A stretch of DNA of 64,000 nucleotides from an uncultured Gammaproteobacteria bacterium (GTDB taxonomy: Bacteria > Pseudomonadota > Gammaproteobacteria > Pseudomonadales > JAHEGP01). Both the position numbers and the translations under genes were made by a program. Below are positions 63,084 to 64,000 of the stretch, piece by piece. The DNA lies in assembly GCA_963722805.1 (NCBI GenBank), contig CAVROQ010000023.1:8512-72511 (forward strand). Direction: 5' to 3'. Under the pieces are notes generated by a model that was not told where the DNA came from, ran no database searches, and worked only from the letters and a program-made list of their open reading frames with translations. Positions within the stretch are counted from its first letter, which is position 1; each line of letters begins with the position of its first letter.

Positions 63084-64000
63084 ATGATGCATCAATCAGC
63101 CGGCCACGACTTCCAGGAGACATTACAGGTGACAGCGTTTTTCGGTGGATGGATAGTGCCAACACTTTACGCGGTGGGCTTCGCACTGACACTTTGGCGG
63201 CCGGGGCAAGCCTGGAAGGTCGCCCTCGCCAGCGGCACGCTCGGCCTGATTATTACCGTGCTAGTGGCCGCCGGCACGCTGCTGTGGACATCATTTTCGG
63301 CTGTCAGTGTCGACAAGCTGGGCCTCACCGGCGCCCTGCTGGTGTCGCTACTGGGCTGGGTAATCATCCGCTACTCCGCTCGCTACCTGGACGGCGAACC
63401 CAACCAGGAACGCTTTGTACGCGCCATGTTGTTCACCCTGGCAGCGGTCAATCTGCTGGTGGTCAGCCAACACCTGCTGGTGATTGTGCTGGCCTGGACC
63501 GCCACCAGTATCGGGCTGCATTTCTTGCTGACCCACTACCAGGAGCGCAAGGCCGCCCAGATTGTCGCGCATAAAAAGTTTATCGCCAGCCGTCTCGCAG
63601 ACCTCTGCCTGGTGATAGCCCTGGTGCTGGTGTACCAGGCAAGCGACTCCCTCACCCTGGCGGGCTTGAACGCCAGTATCAACAGACTCGAAACGCTACC
63701 GGTCGGCCTGCACTGGGCTGCGGCACTGTTTGCACTTGCCGCCATCCTCAAATCTGCCCAACTACCGCTGCACGGCTGGTTAATACAGGTGATGGAAGCA
63801 CCGACGCCGGTGTCGGCCCTGCTGCATGCCGGGATTGTGAATATCGGCGGGTTTGTGCTGATCCGGATGGCAGAGCTGATCTCGCTGGCCCCGGCGGCAC
63901 AGACCTTGCTGGTGCTTACCGGCAGTGTCACCGCGGTGCTGGCGAGCCTGGTGATGATGACCCGCATCAGCATCAAGGTGCGACTGGCCTGGTCTACCTG
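63084..64000 (+). CDS. NuoL/NdhF-family proton-conducting membrane subunit, probably DabB-like; the 3' end runs off the window
   Basis: Absent from the ORF track because no stop lies inside the window. My translation from ATG 63084 gives 305 open codons (MMHQSAGHDF...). It includes LKSAQLPLHGWLIQVMEAPTPVSALLHAGIVNIGGFVLIR. Divergent from the LysR gene. Confidence 0.6.
   Translation, partial: MMHQSAGHDFQETLQVTAFFGGWIVPTLYAVGFALTLWRPGQAWKVALASGTLGLIITVLVAAGTLLWTSFSAVSVDKLGLTGALLVSLLGWVIIRYSARYLDGEPNQERFVRAMLFTLAAVNLLVVSQHLLVIVLAWTATSIGLHFLLTHYQERKAAQIVAHKKFIASRLADLCLVIALVLVYQASDSLTLAGLNASINRLETLPVGLHWAAALFALAAILKSAQLPLHGWLIQVMEAPTPVSALLHAGIVNIGGFVLIRMAELISLAPAAQTLLVLTGSVTAVLASLVMMTRISIKVRLAWST

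Noticed and set aside
1-64000. CRISPR arrays, integrases/transposases, rRNA/tRNA genes, or a classic multi-gene defence island
   Set aside because: I found no regularly spaced short repeats and no recombinase- or transposase-like ORFs in the six-frame track. No rRNA- or tRNA-like segments were recognisable by eye. hipBA is the only toxin-antitoxin or defence-type module seen.

Overview
This 64 kb window reads as a proteobacterial chromosomal segment with dense coding on both strands. I found no rRNA, tRNA, CRISPR array, integrase or transposase.

Content from left to right:
- (1) An NfeD-type protease gene running off the left edge.
- (2) A form I aerobic CO dehydrogenase operon, coxMSL-coxG-coxD-coxE-xdhC/coxF. 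It is extended by mocA, a second xdhC, a SufS-type cysteine desulfurase (frame-disrupted) and sufU.
- (3) Flavocytochrome c sulfide dehydrogenase genes fccAB, preceded by a 600 bp noncoding gap that holds a perfect 32 bp palindrome.
- (4) A CPBP-like membrane protein, a TLC/MFS-type transporter and a Tat-signal aldo/keto reductase (frame-disrupted).
- (5) An atypical Pst-like phosphate ABC operon, pstS-phoU*-pstC-pstA-pstB'-pstB. The two ATPases carry complementary degenerate motifs, and PhoU is fused to a catalytically dead LMW-PTP/ArsC-like domain.
- (6) A roughly 360 bp nested palindromic repeat complex.
- (7) A divalent-cation cluster: a CNNM/CBS protein, an MscS-like protein, a stand-alone MgtE cytosolic module and two full MgtE genes.
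- (8) Housekeeping and hypothetical genes, then a type II quinohemoprotein PQQ alcohol dehydrogenase with its cytochrome c.
- (9) A more GC-rich three-gene block: a chorismatase/RidA-like gene, a beta-helix gene with three frame breaks, and a CXXCH-TolB-propeller-TPR gene with one break.
- (10) An MltB-like transglycosylase, and a GltD-like Fe-S flavoprotein translationally coupled to PFOR.
- (11) A spermidine-synthase-like gene, a hypothetical gene, cardiolipin synthase and hipBA with an AT-rich leader.
- (12) A nine-gene Mrp/Mbh-order antiporter-like cluster with three MrpD paralogs. The middle one is frame-disrupted and the last is degenerate.
- (13) A NhaR-like LysR regulator divergent from a DabB-like NuoL-family gene that runs off the right edge.

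At least eight frame breaks occur in otherwise well-conserved genes. Most can be repaired by changing a G/C homopolymer run by one nucleotide, so sequencing indels are as likely as true pseudogenes.

All calls rest on manual translation and motif recognition. No database search was possible.
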